A stretch of DNA of 64,000 nt from Candidatus Saccharimonadota bacterium (GCA_015999875.1 JAECRG010000001.1:171330-235329), one strand, 5' to 3'. Shown: positions 25,458 to 35,283, counted from the stretch's first letter. Notes: generated from the letters alone by a model not told the origin. Numbers and translations are program-made.

Positions 25458-26465
25458 TCAGATGCTCGGCGCAGGCGCCAAACTGCTGTCGAGCGAACGT
25501 GAAAGACTATTCGACTCATCAACTGTTTGATTATAGGCCTGACGCTTCACCTCATAATCGGCAACTTTCGTGTCGATAGTACTGCGCGTCTGTGTTAACA
25601 CCCCCACTCGGCCCTCAAGAGCAGCCCGAGCTGCCTGAAACGTAGACTGATCAGAGAAACCACCATTTTGCGCACGGACGTTAAAGGTCTCTATGTCATC
25701 ATTGAGCACGGCTATCTCACTATTGTATTGACTAGTCATTGTATTAATCTCACTTGATAGTTGCTCGAGTTGAGATTTGAGAGTTGTAGAACTTCTCTCT
25801 AGTTCGTCAAATTTCGAGCTATAAGAATCATGTAGCGCTACGATTGCTTGTCGACCTGTAAAATACTGGGAATAGTACTCCTCGAGTTCATCTCCAATAC
25901 TACTCACCTCAGTGCCGATAATGGAATGTAGCTCATTATCTCTCTCCCCAGGTTCTGTACGTGCGTAGTACTCCATACGTTCTTTTAGATCATTGTCTTC
26001 CGAACGGAGAAGTTTTTGATACTCAACATCGATTAAGCTATTAAGGTGGTTTTTTTCCGACGAAGATAAACGAACATACACCGCATGGAGCATTTCGTGC
26101 GCCGCAGTCACCTCCTCTACGCCATTGAGTCGTTTATCCGATATGTTGTATACAAAAATCTTGCCGTTTGTGAAGCATCCGAGTATCGCGCTGTTTTCTT
26201 CTTGACGCTTACACACCTCATTGAACTTAGCCGTACCGTCAAGCTGTGGCTCAGATGCATAGAAATAAAAAGTCCCCTTATCATTCATCTGCGCGCGTTC
26301 GGCCAGTTGTGCCACTTCTGACGAAGGTTGGTATTGCCACACAACTAGTTGATCGACCACATACTGACGATTGAGCACTACCCAGCCTGCAACCAAAAAC
26401 AGCAATACTGTCAGTAGCGAGCTGACAATTACGGCTGTCTTGCTATTACCGGGGGACGCTCTCAT
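25458..26465 (-). CDS. membrane-anchored protein with HExxH motif and coiled-coil C-terminal half
   Basis: The N-terminal TM is AVIVSSLLTVLLFLVAGWVVL. AAHEMLHAVY provides the HExxH. A heptad-rich C-terminus follows. It overlaps the clpC stop by 20 nt. Confidence 0.6.
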   Translation of the reverse strand: MRASPGNSKTAVIVSSLLTVLLFLVAGWVVLNRQYVVDQLVVWQYQPSSEVAQLAERAQMNDKGTFYFYASEPQLDGTAKFNEVCKRQEENSAILGCFTNGKIFVYNISDKRLNGVEEVTAAHEMLHAVYVRLSSSEKNHLNSLIDVEYQKLLRSEDNDLKERMEYYARTEPGERDNELHSIIGTEVSSIGDELEEYYSQYFTGRQAIVALHDSYSSKFDELERSSTTLKSQLEQLSSEINTMTSQYNSEIAVLNDDIETFNVRAQNGGFSDQSTFQAARAALEGRVGVLTQTRSTIDTKVADYEVKRQAYNQTVDESNSLSRSLDSSLAPAPSI

Positions 26466-28923
26466 AGCTACCCACCACAGTGACCTTTCCTTGCTTGATA
26501 CCGGCCGTCACCACAACACCTTTTTCATACGCGCCGCTAATTACCCCCTCGGCAATTTCATGCTCCAGCTCATCTTCTATCACCCTTCGAAGCGGGCGTG
26601 CGCCGTTAAACCTATCGTAACCATGGTCAATAAGCAATCGTTTTGCAGCTGGCTTCACGACAAGTGCCACGCCTTTTTTCACCAATCGTTGCTTGAGTTC
26701 ATCGATCAGTCGGTCAAAGATTTTTGATACTTCTTTGCGGGTCAGTGCACGGAACGTGATAATTCCATCAAACCTATTAATTAGCTCGGGCCTCATAAAG
26801 TTCTCCAGAGCTTCTTTTGCCGAGGCTGCATTGCGTGCATGCACAGCATCAAGCTCTTTCTCATCCTTTTTAGTGTGTACACCAAATCCTAGGTTTGCCT
26901 CTTTACGCATCGCCTCGGCGCCGAGATTACTCGTCAAGATAATCACCGTATTCGTAAAGTCCACTGTACGTCCAGATGCATCAGTTAATTTTCCATCCTC
27001 GAGTAATTGCAGGAGCATATGGAACACGGTCGGATGTGCTTTTTCTATCTCATCAAAAAGCACCACGCTATAAGGTTGACGACGGATCTTGTCCGTTAGT
27101 TGACCGCCGTCTTCATACCCTACGTAGCCTGCTGGCGCGCCAAGTAGCCGAGAGGTGTTATGCTTTTCTGCAAATTCGCTCATATCGATTTTGATTAATG
27201 CGTCGTCGCTACCGAATACTTCACGAGCTATCACTCGTGCTAGCTCGGTCTTACCGACACCAGTTGGACCCATAAATACGAAAGAACCAATCGGGCGCTT
27301 GCTCGAACCAACACCACTACGACTACGGCGCACGGCACGCGCAACCTTATTCACGGCCTCTTCTTGGCCAATCACGTGTTTCGCGAGATGCTTTTCGAGA
27401 TGTGACAATATTCGAGCTTCGTTTTTCTGCACTCGAGTCGCCGGGATACCGGTCATAACAGATACCGCGTGCGCGACGTTATCACTCGTCAGCTTAATAG
27501 GTGACTTTCTCTCAGCCTCTTCGCTGAGCTCCTTAACCTGGAGCTGGAGCTGACTGATGCGAGTCTTGTAAAGTGCCGCACGCTCATATTCCTCACTCAC
27601 TACCGCATCTTCCATCTTCTCGTTCAGCTGCTTCAGTTCACGAGTGTAGTCACGAATTTTGCTTGGCTTTTTGCCATGTTTTACTCGCACTAGCGCTGCT
27701 GCTTCATCGATCACATCAATAGCCTTATCTGGCATGAAGCGGTTTTTAATATAGCGATCAGCCATATGCACCGCGTCTTCTACTACTTCGTCACTCATAC
27801 TTACCCCGTGATGCTTTTCGTAGTACGGACGTAAACCTTTAACAATAGCTGTTGTGTCTCGCAAGCTTGGCTCGGGCACATTAATGGATTGAAAGCGACG
27901 CTCGAGTGCGCTGTCTTTTTCAATATGCTTGCGATATTCGTCTAATGTAGTTGCACCGATCAGACGCATTTCACCACGAGCTAAGGCGGGCTTGAGCAAG
28001 TTAGCCGCGTCAAGTGCACCTTCGGCTGCTCCTGCACCTACAAGCAGATGCAGCTCGTCGATAAACGCGATGGTATTCTGCTGCTCCTTGAGGGTAGCCA
28101 CGACTTTTTTGAGACGGTCTTCGAACTCACCGCGGTATTTGGTGCCTGCGATCATAGCGGCGAGATCAAGCTGTACGATACGCTTATCGAGCAGATGGTC
28201 AGGTACGTCTTCATTTGAAATTCGCTGCGCCAAACCCTCCACGATTGCCGTCTTACCAACGCCAGGCTCACCTATCAGCACAGGGTTGTTTTTGGTACGA
28301 CGACTCAAAATCGTCACCATACGCTCCACTTGCGCATCACGACCTATCACTGGATCCAGCTCATTTGATCGTGCTTTGGCGGTAAGATCTACACCAAAAG
28401 TATCGAGAATGCTTGTTTTACGCTTAGGTTTTTCAGTTTCTATGATAATTTCTTGCGCCTCGAGGTTGTTTTGACGAGCAAAAAACGACTCAAGATCACC
28501 ACCCACGGCATCGATGTCGACGCCCATATCAGCCAGCAGGACCGTGGCGCGTGCATTTCGCTGATTGAGGATACTGTAGAGAATATGCTCAGTACCAAGA
28601 GAATCTTGGTTGTAATCTTGTGCAACTTGCCAGCTCATACGAAGGGTCACTTTGGCAGTTTCGCTGAGGGAGTTCACCCCTATGTGTACAGCTTGCGTGA
28701 CAGGTTTCAAGCCAAGCGCAACTTCTGCTTTATCAAGCGTAACACCCGCATCGGCAAGCACCTTTGCTCCTACGCTTGAACCTTGAGCAAGGACACCGAG
28801 CAACAAATGCTCCGTCCCGATAAACTTACTACCATATCCGCGCGCAATAGAATCCGCATGGTACAAACTTGTCCGCGCGTTATCCGTCAAATGAGCGACA
28901 AACTCTGCAAATTCATCAGACAT
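26446..28923 (-). CDS. clpC: ATP-dependent Clp protease ATP-binding subunit ClpC
   Basis: Two Clp_N repeats, Walker A motifs GEPGVGKT and GPTGVGKT, and a UVR-like linker are present. 825 aa. Confidence 0.95.
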   Translation of the reverse strand: MSDEFAEFVAHLTDNARTSLYHADSIARGYGSKFIGTEHLLLGVLAQGSSVGAKVLADAGVTLDKAEVALGLKPVTQAVHIGVNSLSETAKVTLRMSWQVAQDYNQDSLGTEHILYSILNQRNARATVLLADMGVDIDAVGGDLESFFARQNNLEAQEIIIETEKPKRKTSILDTFGVDLTAKARSNELDPVIGRDAQVERMVTILSRRTKNNPVLIGEPGVGKTAIVEGLAQRISNEDVPDHLLDKRIVQLDLAAMIAGTKYRGEFEDRLKKVVATLKEQQNTIAFIDELHLLVGAGAAEGALDAANLLKPALARGEMRLIGATTLDEYRKHIEKDSALERRFQSINVPEPSLRDTTAIVKGLRPYYEKHHGVSMSDEVVEDAVHMADRYIKNRFMPDKAIDVIDEAAALVRVKHGKKPSKIRDYTRELKQLNEKMEDAVVSEEYERAALYKTRISQLQLQVKELSEEAERKSPIKLTSDNVAHAVSVMTGIPATRVQKNEARILSHLEKHLAKHVIGQEEAVNKVARAVRRSRSGVGSSKRPIGSFVFMGPTGVGKTELARVIAREVFGSDDALIKIDMSEFAEKHNTSRLLGAPAGYVGYEDGGQLTDKIRRQPYSVVLFDEIEKAHPTVFHMLLQLLEDGKLTDASGRTVDFTNTVIILTSNLGAEAMRKEANLGFGVHTKKDEKELDAVHARNAASAKEALENFMRPELINRFDGIITFRALTRKEVSKIFDRLIDELKQRLVKKGVALVVKPAAKRLLIDHGYDRFNGARPLRRVIEDELEHEIAEGVISGAYEKGVVVTAGIKQGKVTVVGSYESVPR

Positions 28924-28994
28924 ACTATTATTATGTTTCCTCCGTGTCGTAACCGCAAGCCTTTTTAATAGCTTTTATACGATAACTTATATTC

Positions 28995-29035
28995 AGTATA
29001 CACGGCTTTTGGCACTCGAGTCAAGTGAGTGCCAA
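28995..29035 (-). promoter_or_regulatory. clpC promoter with embedded CIRCE-like inverted repeat
   Basis: TTGGCACTC-N9-GAGTGCCAA lies at 29009-29035. The minus-strand spacer ACTTGACTC gives -35 TTGACT (29024-29019), an 18-nt spacer and -10 TATACT (29000-28995). A 71-nt leader carrying GGAGG follows. Confidence 0.7.
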
Positions 29036-29037
29036 CT

Positions 29038-29541
29038 CTAAATATCTCGGACATGCTCTTCAGGATGTAGCTCCTCGATCAAGAAAGCTCCGTCGGATTG
29101 ACGGTCAAATTCCACATGGAACTCTTGCTGGAAATAATCACCGTTTTGTACAACACGATACTCTACATATGCATCATTTTCACTCTCGTCTTTTGCGATA
29201 GGGCCATTATAGATCTGAACCTCCTGCCCGTGACCAAGTGCTAGCTGATAGCCCATAGAAGAAGTACGACCCATAATACGGAAACTTCGTAACTCGATAG
29301 CAAATGGTGCATCGTTCTGAATCCACGCATATGTCTGCATCGTGCTACCGTTTCGTCGTGTCGTGAGTCTAGTCACCTTAATCTCAGGATGAATCTTATG
29401 GCCGGTATCATGCCTCGGAGGATCTGTCTGCGGGACAGTCCCGGAGCTCGGAGACCCTGCTGCTCGAGAGGCTATTGGCGACTGCGCATCAAATATCGGC
29501 TCGCCTTTTATCATTTTAGTCATAAAGTCGAACAAACCCAT
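29038..29541 (-). CDS. hypothetical protein (167 aa)
   Basis: Intact ORF. TGTTATACT (29556-29548) lies 6 nt upstream of the ATG. I recognised no motif. Confidence 0.55.
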   Translation of the reverse strand: MGLFDFMTKMIKGEPIFDAQSPIASRAAGSPSSGTVPQTDPPRHDTGHKIHPEIKVTRLTTRRNGSTMQTYAWIQNDAPFAIELRSFRIMGRTSSMGYQLALGHGQEVQIYNGPIAKDESENDAYVEYRVVQNGDYFQQEFHVEFDRQSDGAFLIEELHPEEHVRDI

Positions 29542-29555
29542 GTCTCCAGTATAAC

Positions 29556-29583
29556 AAAACAGCCTGCTTCCACAGGCCGTTTT
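29556..29583 (-). terminator. nusA terminator hairpin
   Basis: The minus strand reads AAAACGGCCTG-tggaag-CAGGCTGTTTT followed by GTTAT. Confidence 0.6.
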
Positions 29584-29602
29584 GTCATGTGATTTCTCTT
29601 AC

Positions 29603-30724
29603 CTACGCTTCGTCGGAACCTTCAAGCGCGTCTAGCAAGCTATCTTCGATATTCTTCTTTGGCTTAGCCTCGGCTATCGGCTGTTCCTTGGCTTCGATAT
29701 CAAGTTCGTAGCCGCTCAGACGACTTGCAAGTCGCACATTTTGCCCACCACGACCGATAGCGATAGACTGCTGATCGTCAGCAACAATCACCTTAACACG
29801 CTTGTCAGCTTCATCTATGACTAGATTCAGGACTTCAGCCGGGCTTAATGCATTACGAATATACATATCGATATTTTCGTCGTAAGGCACAATGTCGATC
29901 TTCTCTTGATCACCGACTTCGTTCATAACAGCTTGGACGCGGGTACCATGGCCACCGACAAATGTACCGACCGCGTCAACACCTGGAACCGTACTCGCCA
30001 CGGCAATCTTAGTTCTGCGGCCAGCTTCACGGGCGATGCCTTTAATTTCTACTGCGCCTGTTTCCATTTCTGGAACTTCTTGGCTAAAGAGATACTCGAT
30101 AAACGCCTCATTGCCACGACTTAGAATAAGTTGTGGACCTCGGTTGTCGCGTTCAATATCTTTGATAAATACCTTAATACGAGCACCTACGCTATAGAAT
30201 TCACCCTGGATCTGCTCGCTTTGTGGCAAAATACCAGTAGCCTTACCGAGCTCAACTCGCACTACACGAGGCTCGACTCGCTGTACAATACCAGTTACAA
30301 CAGTACCGATTTTGTCTTCATACTCGGCAAGTACGATCTCACGCTCAGCTTCACGAAGACGCTGCAGCACCACCTGCTTGGCTGTTTGCGCTGCAACTCG
30401 TCCAAACTTTGTCACTTCGAAAACTTCTTCAACTTCGTCACCTACGACAGCACCTTTTTTGTACTGCTGCGCTTCTTCTACGCCGACTTCGATAGCGTCA
30501 TTGATAGGATCTTCGACCACTTCGCGAATCACATAGACGTTTGCTGTCCCGTCATTCGTGTTAAGCTCCGCACGAACGTTCTGTTCACGCTCACCGTTGT
30601 CACGGCGCCATGCAGCGGCAATCGATTGCTCGATTACACTCATCACTACATCTTCTGGTAGGTTTTTTTCTTCTGCAATTGTACGTACAGCGAGTGTCAG
30701 CTGTTTGAGATTAATATCTTCCAT
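29603..30724 (-). CDS. nusA: transcription termination/antitermination factor NusA
   Basis: The N-terminal domain, S1 and two KH regions are present (GQNVRLASRLSGYELDI). The start is trimmed from 30784 to MEDINLKQ at 30724, with AAGGA upstream. Confidence 0.9.
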   Translation of the reverse strand: MEDINLKQLTLAVRTIAEEKNLPEDVVMSVIEQSIAAAWRRDNGEREQNVRAELNTNDGTANVYVIREVVEDPINDAIEVGVEEAQQYKKGAVVGDEVEEVFEVTKFGRVAAQTAKQVVLQRLREAEREIVLAEYEDKIGTVVTGIVQRVEPRVVRVELGKATGILPQSEQIQGEFYSVGARIKVFIKDIERDNRGPQLILSRGNEAFIEYLFSQEVPEMETGAVEIKGIAREAGRRTKIAVASTVPGVDAVGTFVGGHGTRVQAVMNEVGDQEKIDIVPYDENIDMYIRNALSPAEVLNLVIDEADKRVKVIVADDQQSIAIGRGGQNVRLASRLSGYELDIEAKEQPIAEAKPKKNIEDSLLDALEGSDEA

Positions 30725-30811
30725 AAAATTCTTTCCTTTCGTTTTACTAAAAAATCCGACCTGCCGGCCGGAATGTACTATCATTAGTATACTCTTTCTG
30801 TCTTGCGATTG

Positions 30812-31261
30812 TCAAATATTTCGCTTCACAATACTGGCTATATATCCCAACGTGGGGGGAAGTATTATAATTACACCCCCTATGCAGACCAAAAGTACCA
30901 TCAACATATGCTCGCCGCTCAAACCAAGTACCCCCACAACAGCACTCGCCGCTCGATCCGCTGCCCACACAAGTGGCCAGATTAAAAGTGACGTACAAAT
31001 TGAAATAAGCACTGCAAACGGCTGTTTAAATGGCACGAGCAACAATATACCGGTCAATGCGACACTTCCAGTCGCAATCAGTATCAATGAAAAATTCCGA
31101 TGCCACGGCTCTGGCGCGTCAGTTACCAGCGCATCGATAACCTGAAACACCGGCAAAAGCACCATACTCAGTACACCGTATGTCCAAAGCAGCCATTTCT
31201 CAGGACGTTGAGTCTTCGTGTCTGTCATGTTCCACGAGTATAGCATCTGCGCAACTGCCAT
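30812..31261 (-). CDS. hypothetical polytopic membrane protein
   Basis: Four hydrophobic segments are present. The start is uncertain. Confidence 0.5.
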   Translation of the reverse strand: MAVAQMLYSWNMTDTKTQRPEKWLLWTYGVLSMVLLPVFQVIDALVTDAPEPWHRNFSLILIATGSVALTGILLLVPFKQPFAVLISICTSLLIWPLVWAADRAASAVVGVLGLSGEHMLMVLLVCIGGVIIILPPTLGYIASIVKRNI

Positions 31262-31312
31262 GATACTATAACTACAAAAGCATAATCATTTATCAATAGG
31301 AGGTGGGACCCC

Positions 31313-33322
31313 ATGCATAAACCGTACATACTGGCGATTGGCGATATTGTCACAGACGCGTTCATCAAACTCAAAGACGATGAGGCAAAAGTAGAGACCG
31401 ATGAGCAGGGCAACAAGCATCTCGTCTTACCCTTTGGTACAAAACCGCCTTACGACCACGTAGATATAGTACAAGCCGTAGGACCATCACCAAATGCGTC
31501 TGTTGCTTTCTCTCGACTTGGCGCTCATTCAGGTCTCATGGCATATATGGGCGACGATATACCCGGTAAAGATATGCTCGCCTATCTTGGCGAACAAAAT
31601 GTTGATACATCGACCATCTCGGTTGCTGAAGGCATGAAATCTAACTACTGGTACGTACTGCGCTACGGTGCAGAACGAACCATTTTGGTCAAAAACGAAC
31701 AGTACGACTATAAATGGCAGGAACCAGCCCAAGTACCTGATTGGATTTATCTCAGCGCACTCGATGGTGCTTCATGGGAACTCCACATGGAGCTCCTCGG
31801 CTACCTACGCAAGCATCCCGACACGAAGCTAGTGTTTCAGCCCGGGACATTCCACTTCAAGTGGGGTGCCGAAAAACTTGCAGAAATCTACGCACGTTCC
31901 TACATGGTCTGTATGAACAAAGAAGAAGCGGCCGACGTAACAGGTCGTGACCTCAGCAATATCGAGGATTTGTTTGATGGCCTACACAACCTTGGATCAG
32001 AAGTAGTCGTAATCACCGACGGTCCACAAGGATCATATGCAAGTGATGGTAAAAAGATTATCTCAATCCCAAATTACCCCGACCCTAAGCCACCTACAGA
32101 CCGCACCGGTGCTGGTGATGCATTCGCCTCCACAATCACAACGGCGCTTGCACTCGGCGAGTCACTCGAGACAGCACTCACTTGGGCGCCTATCAATAGT
32201 ATGAATGTCTGCCAACACTTAGGCGCGCAGGCTGGGCTACTTGATAAAGAAGCAATTCTCACTCTTCTCGGCAACGCACCGGACGACTACAAGCCAACTG
32301 TTATCGCAGGGGCACACGATGCGCCCCTGGAAGATATTGCTCGCTCACTTGTCGAAAATCCCAAAGGCATCTTCGCAGCTGACGAAAGTGGAGGTAGTAT
32401 CAATAAGCGTTTCATCCAATACGGCATCGAGGATAGCGAAGAAGTCCGTCGACAATATCGCCAACTCTTCTTTACAGCTCCCGAAGTCGAGCATTATTTA
32501 AGTGGAGTGATCTTATTTGATGAAACTGCCCGCCAAGCGGCAGATAACAAACAACCGTTTCCGGAGCTACTATCCGAGCGCGGTATCATACCAGGCGTGA
32601 AGGTCGACAAAGGCATTGTTGCACTACCAGGCTTCGACGGTGAAGGGGTTACAAGTGGCCTAGATGGCCTACCTGAACGACTCGCCGAATATCACGCCCT
32701 GGGTCTTCGTTTTGCCAAGTGGCGTGCCGCGTTTACAGTCACCGATGCACTACCAAGTGACGCGGCGATTGCCGCAAACGTACATGCACTTGCACGCTAC
32801 GCACTTGACTGCCAAAATGCCGGCATCGTACCTATCGTAGAGCCGGAAATTGTACACGAGGGTGATTTCAGCATTGATCGCGCCCAGGAAGTCACTGCGC
32901 GCATCCTTGATGCGCTTTTCGAGGAACTTGCGCTTCTTGGAGTCAATCGAAAAGCAATTATCCTAAAAACGAGCATGGTACTTGCAGGCAGCAAACAAGA
33001 ACAATCATCCGCCGAGGCAGTCGCCAAGGCTACTGTTTCTACGCTAGTGCACCATGTTCCTCATGATATCGCAGGTATTGTCTTCTTGTCTGGAGGCCAA
33101 ACACCAGAACAAGCTACTGCGAACTTACAGGCTATTACAAATCTCGGTGAGCAAGCATGGCCGATCACGTTTAGCTTCTCTCGAGCTCTTCAAGAACCAG
33201 TGCTAGAAGTATGGGGCGGCCAACCAGAGAATACAGAACATGCTCAAGCTACTTTCACCGGTCTAGCCAAAGCAAACAGTGACGCGACAGTTCAACAAGA
33301 TACAATCAAAACAATCTTTTAG
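31313..33322 (+). CDS. fusion protein: PfkB-family sugar kinase (N-terminal, about 320 aa) plus class I fructose-bisphosphate aldolase (C-terminal, about 340 aa)
   Basis: AGGAGGTGG lies 7 nt upstream. The kinase part has ILAIGDIVTD and DRTGAGDAFAS. The aldolase part has ADESGGSINKRF, GVKVDKG, PIVEPEI, ILKTSMV (Schiff-base Lys context) and VFLSGGQ. Confidence 0.85.
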   Translation: MHKPYILAIGDIVTDAFIKLKDDEAKVETDEQGNKHLVLPFGTKPPYDHVDIVQAVGPSPNASVAFSRLGAHSGLMAYMGDDIPGKDMLAYLGEQNVDTSTISVAEGMKSNYWYVLRYGAERTILVKNEQYDYKWQEPAQVPDWIYLSALDGASWELHMELLGYLRKHPDTKLVFQPGTFHFKWGAEKLAEIYARSYMVCMNKEEAADVTGRDLSNIEDLFDGLHNLGSEVVVITDGPQGSYASDGKKIISIPNYPDPKPPTDRTGAGDAFASTITTALALGESLETALTWAPINSMNVCQHLGAQAGLLDKEAILTLLGNAPDDYKPTVIAGAHDAPLEDIARSLVENPKGIFAADESGGSINKRFIQYGIEDSEEVRRQYRQLFFTAPEVEHYLSGVILFDETARQAADNKQPFPELLSERGIIPGVKVDKGIVALPGFDGEGVTSGLDGLPERLAEYHALGLRFAKWRAAFTVTDALPSDAAIAANVHALARYALDCQNAGIVPIVEPEIVHEGDFSIDRAQEVTARILDALFEELALLGVNRKAIILKTSMVLAGSKQEQSSAEAVAKATVSTLVHHVPHDIAGIVFLSGGQTPEQATANLQAITNLGEQAWPITFSFSRALQEPVLEVWGGQPENTEHAQATFTGLAKANSDATVQQDTIKTIF

Positions 33323-33942
33323 ATCAAGCACGCAACAGTATCATTTAAGCTCTTACCCGGCACAAACACTGTCAACTCATTATGAGAGGAAGTGACTTCA
33401 ATAAGATTCACTCCTCGCCCAGCAAGTAGCTGTAGTACATATGCACATACGCCCGGTATAGGTAAATGGCCGGGGCGCAGCTTCACTGTTACTCCCACTA
33501 GGCCTCGTGACGTGACAGTGCCATGCAGCGAAGCCTCGAGTTCGTCTATCACTTCGCTGCGGCCTATGAGTGCCGTGTGCCAAATTCCTCGGGTATACAC
33601 CATATATTCGTGCTGTTCGTGAAGTTTTCTTGCTGCCCGAAAAAAAGCATCTGTGTTTATGTCTGCCTGCGGAATAGTGAGGATACCTAGACCTGATTGA
33701 ACTGATATTTCTCCTAAATACGAAGAAAAGTCGATACCATCACTATTTGTCATCCGACGCGCTTGGCGATTGAGTGCCAGTGTAATCGCCTCCACCGACA
33801 CACGCTCACCGCTCGCTTCCTCTATCTCGGGCCTAATCTGTCTTGCCAGCGACGAATAGTTAATAATTCCCTGCCTCATGTGCAATGCGTGCGTAGGGTG
33901 ATGTTCGATCCAGCTGCGTATTCTATCAGATATAGTTATCAT
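33319..33942 (-). CDS. ACT-domain-like protein (207 aa)
   Basis: The C-terminal VTVKLRPGHLPIPGVCAYVLQLLAGRGVNLIEVTSSHNELTVFV resembles an ACT fold. The call is low confidence. Confidence 0.4.
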   Translation of the reverse strand: MITISDRIRSWIEHHPTHALHMRQGIINYSSLARQIRPEIEEASGERVSVEAITLALNRQARRMTNSDGIDFSSYLGEISVQSGLGILTIPQADINTDAFFRAARKLHEQHEYMVYTRGIWHTALIGRSEVIDELEASLHGTVTSRGLVGVTVKLRPGHLPIPGVCAYVLQLLAGRGVNLIEVTSSHNELTVFVPGKSLNDTVACLI

Positions 33943-33995
33943 ACTTGATTAATTCTAATCACTTTATTTAATTATTGATCATTATATTAAATATT

Positions 33996-34025
33996 TTGCT
34001 ATACGTCAATCTCGCAAACTATACT
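33996..34025 (+). promoter_or_regulatory. promoter TTGCTA-N18-TATACT, 6 nt from ATG 34032
   Basis: Read directly from the sequence; no SD is present. Confidence 0.5.
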
Positions 34026-34031
34026 GCGAAC

Positions 34032-34643
34032 ATGACACGAGAAATCATTACCACCAGACTAGCAACGGTCGACGACATACCTGCAATTCGTTTCATGTAT
34101 GACGATCTAAAACAATACCAAGATTATCCAGCATTTCGATCCAAATCGTTCCATCGAGCAGTCGGACATATCATCGAAAGCGCAAAAGACTCGGAGCGAA
34201 TTATCGTTGCTTCCACGACGGACGGACAGCCAGTTGGCATGGCTCATGCTGCACGGCCATTCTCCATACGAGGCAATCAAGCAAACATGGCATACGAACT
34301 CCACCATTTGTACGTAGACGAGAGTGCGACCTACACAGCCCCAATCAACCTAGTAGATCACATAGCCCGCGATATACAGCGCACAGCTGGTTCGCGTAAG
34401 GCGCTCGAAGGCAGCTCACTATCTATAAGTAACGGCGACACCAATTGCTTTGACACACTTCTTGCACAGTATCGCTACAACGGTGCGATGAGCTCTATTC
34501 GCTACAACAGCGACGAGTTACGTGACATGGCTCTACGCTCCATCACTAGACAATACCGGCCAGAAGACGTTATTGAACCGGCATTTGCTGATCCGGACAG
34601 CGTAGTAGTACAGTTTCCATCGCTGACTTCTCAGCAGGTGTGA
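34032..34643 (+). CDS. GNAT-family N-acetyltransferase (putative)
   Basis: ITTRLATVDDIPAIRFMY... has a GNAT-like N-terminus. The start is trimmed from 33975. The last 74 nt overlap the convergent nuclease gene. Confidence 0.5.
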   Translation: MTREIITTRLATVDDIPAIRFMYDDLKQYQDYPAFRSKSFHRAVGHIIESAKDSERIIVASTTDGQPVGMAHAARPFSIRGNQANMAYELHHLYVDESATYTAPINLVDHIARDIQRTAGSRKALEGSSLSISNGDTNCFDTLLAQYRYNGAMSSIRYNSDELRDMALRSITRQYRPEDVIEPAFADPDSVVVQFPSLTSQQV

Positions 34644-35283
34644 CCCATAGCGAGTAGACTTGCTTCACGGCGATCTGCCTCGCCACATACTGGCACCGAA
34701 AGGCTTTGTTGGATGGCAGCCATGACGCAGCGTCACTATCACTTTTCTGTTGATTTGCCTTACCGTCGGCAGCAATCAGATTCAAGGGATCGTTTGCAAG
34801 CGCATAGCGCCGCTCGACGCTGAGCTGCTGTGCACCAGTCTGCCAGGCGTTACTCAGCGCGACAACATGATCTATCTGTACATCGGCACTCGTACCTGCT
34901 CCTCGCGTGAAAGCGACCTCTCTCCCTGTGTATGGGTCGCGTAAAATACCGCTCACCACTTTACACACCTCGTCAACCTGAACAGCATCAAGATCACGAC
35001 GCAATATAATATTACGCATGTCACATTCGCTCACTTTTGCCCAGCCGTTGCTAAATTGCGTGCGTGCATAGCCCGTTTTGGGAGACTTGCCTTTTACCGG
35101 TAAACTCTCGAGCACACTAGTGACAGATGAGCTGTTCTGCTTAGTAGCGATAGGTTGATTTATTACCGGAGGCTTCACTGCATCAAATTCACGCCTCCCC
35201 ATATCAAACGCAACAGCAGACAGGCTCACGATTGCTATGATCAAAAGCACGACAAGTCGACGGATTTTGTAGTTTGGCTGCAT
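34570..35283 (-). CDS. membrane-anchored or secreted HNH-type nuclease (DUF1524 family)
   Basis: An N-terminal TM (RLVVLLIIAIVSLSAVAF) is followed by QIDHVVALSNAW and NLIAADGKANQQKSD. Confidence 0.75.
   Translation of the reverse strand: MQPNYKIRRLVVLLIIAIVSLSAVAFDMGRREFDAVKPPVINQPIATKQNSSSVTSVLESLPVKGKSPKTGYARTQFSNGWAKVSECDMRNIILRRDLDAVQVDEVCKVVSGILRDPYTGREVAFTRGAGTSADVQIDHVVALSNAWQTGAQQLSVERRYALANDPLNLIAADGKANQQKSDSDAASWLPSNKAFRCQYVARQIAVKQVYSLWVTPAEKSAMETVLLRCPDQQMPVQ

Noticed and set aside
30740-30790. Hairpin plus T6 between a TATACT box and the nusA SD, considered as a nusA attenuator
   Set aside because: It is explained more simply as the terminator of the upstream membrane-protein gene (stop at 30812). 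The stem is short and ambiguous (CCGGCCGG palindrome).
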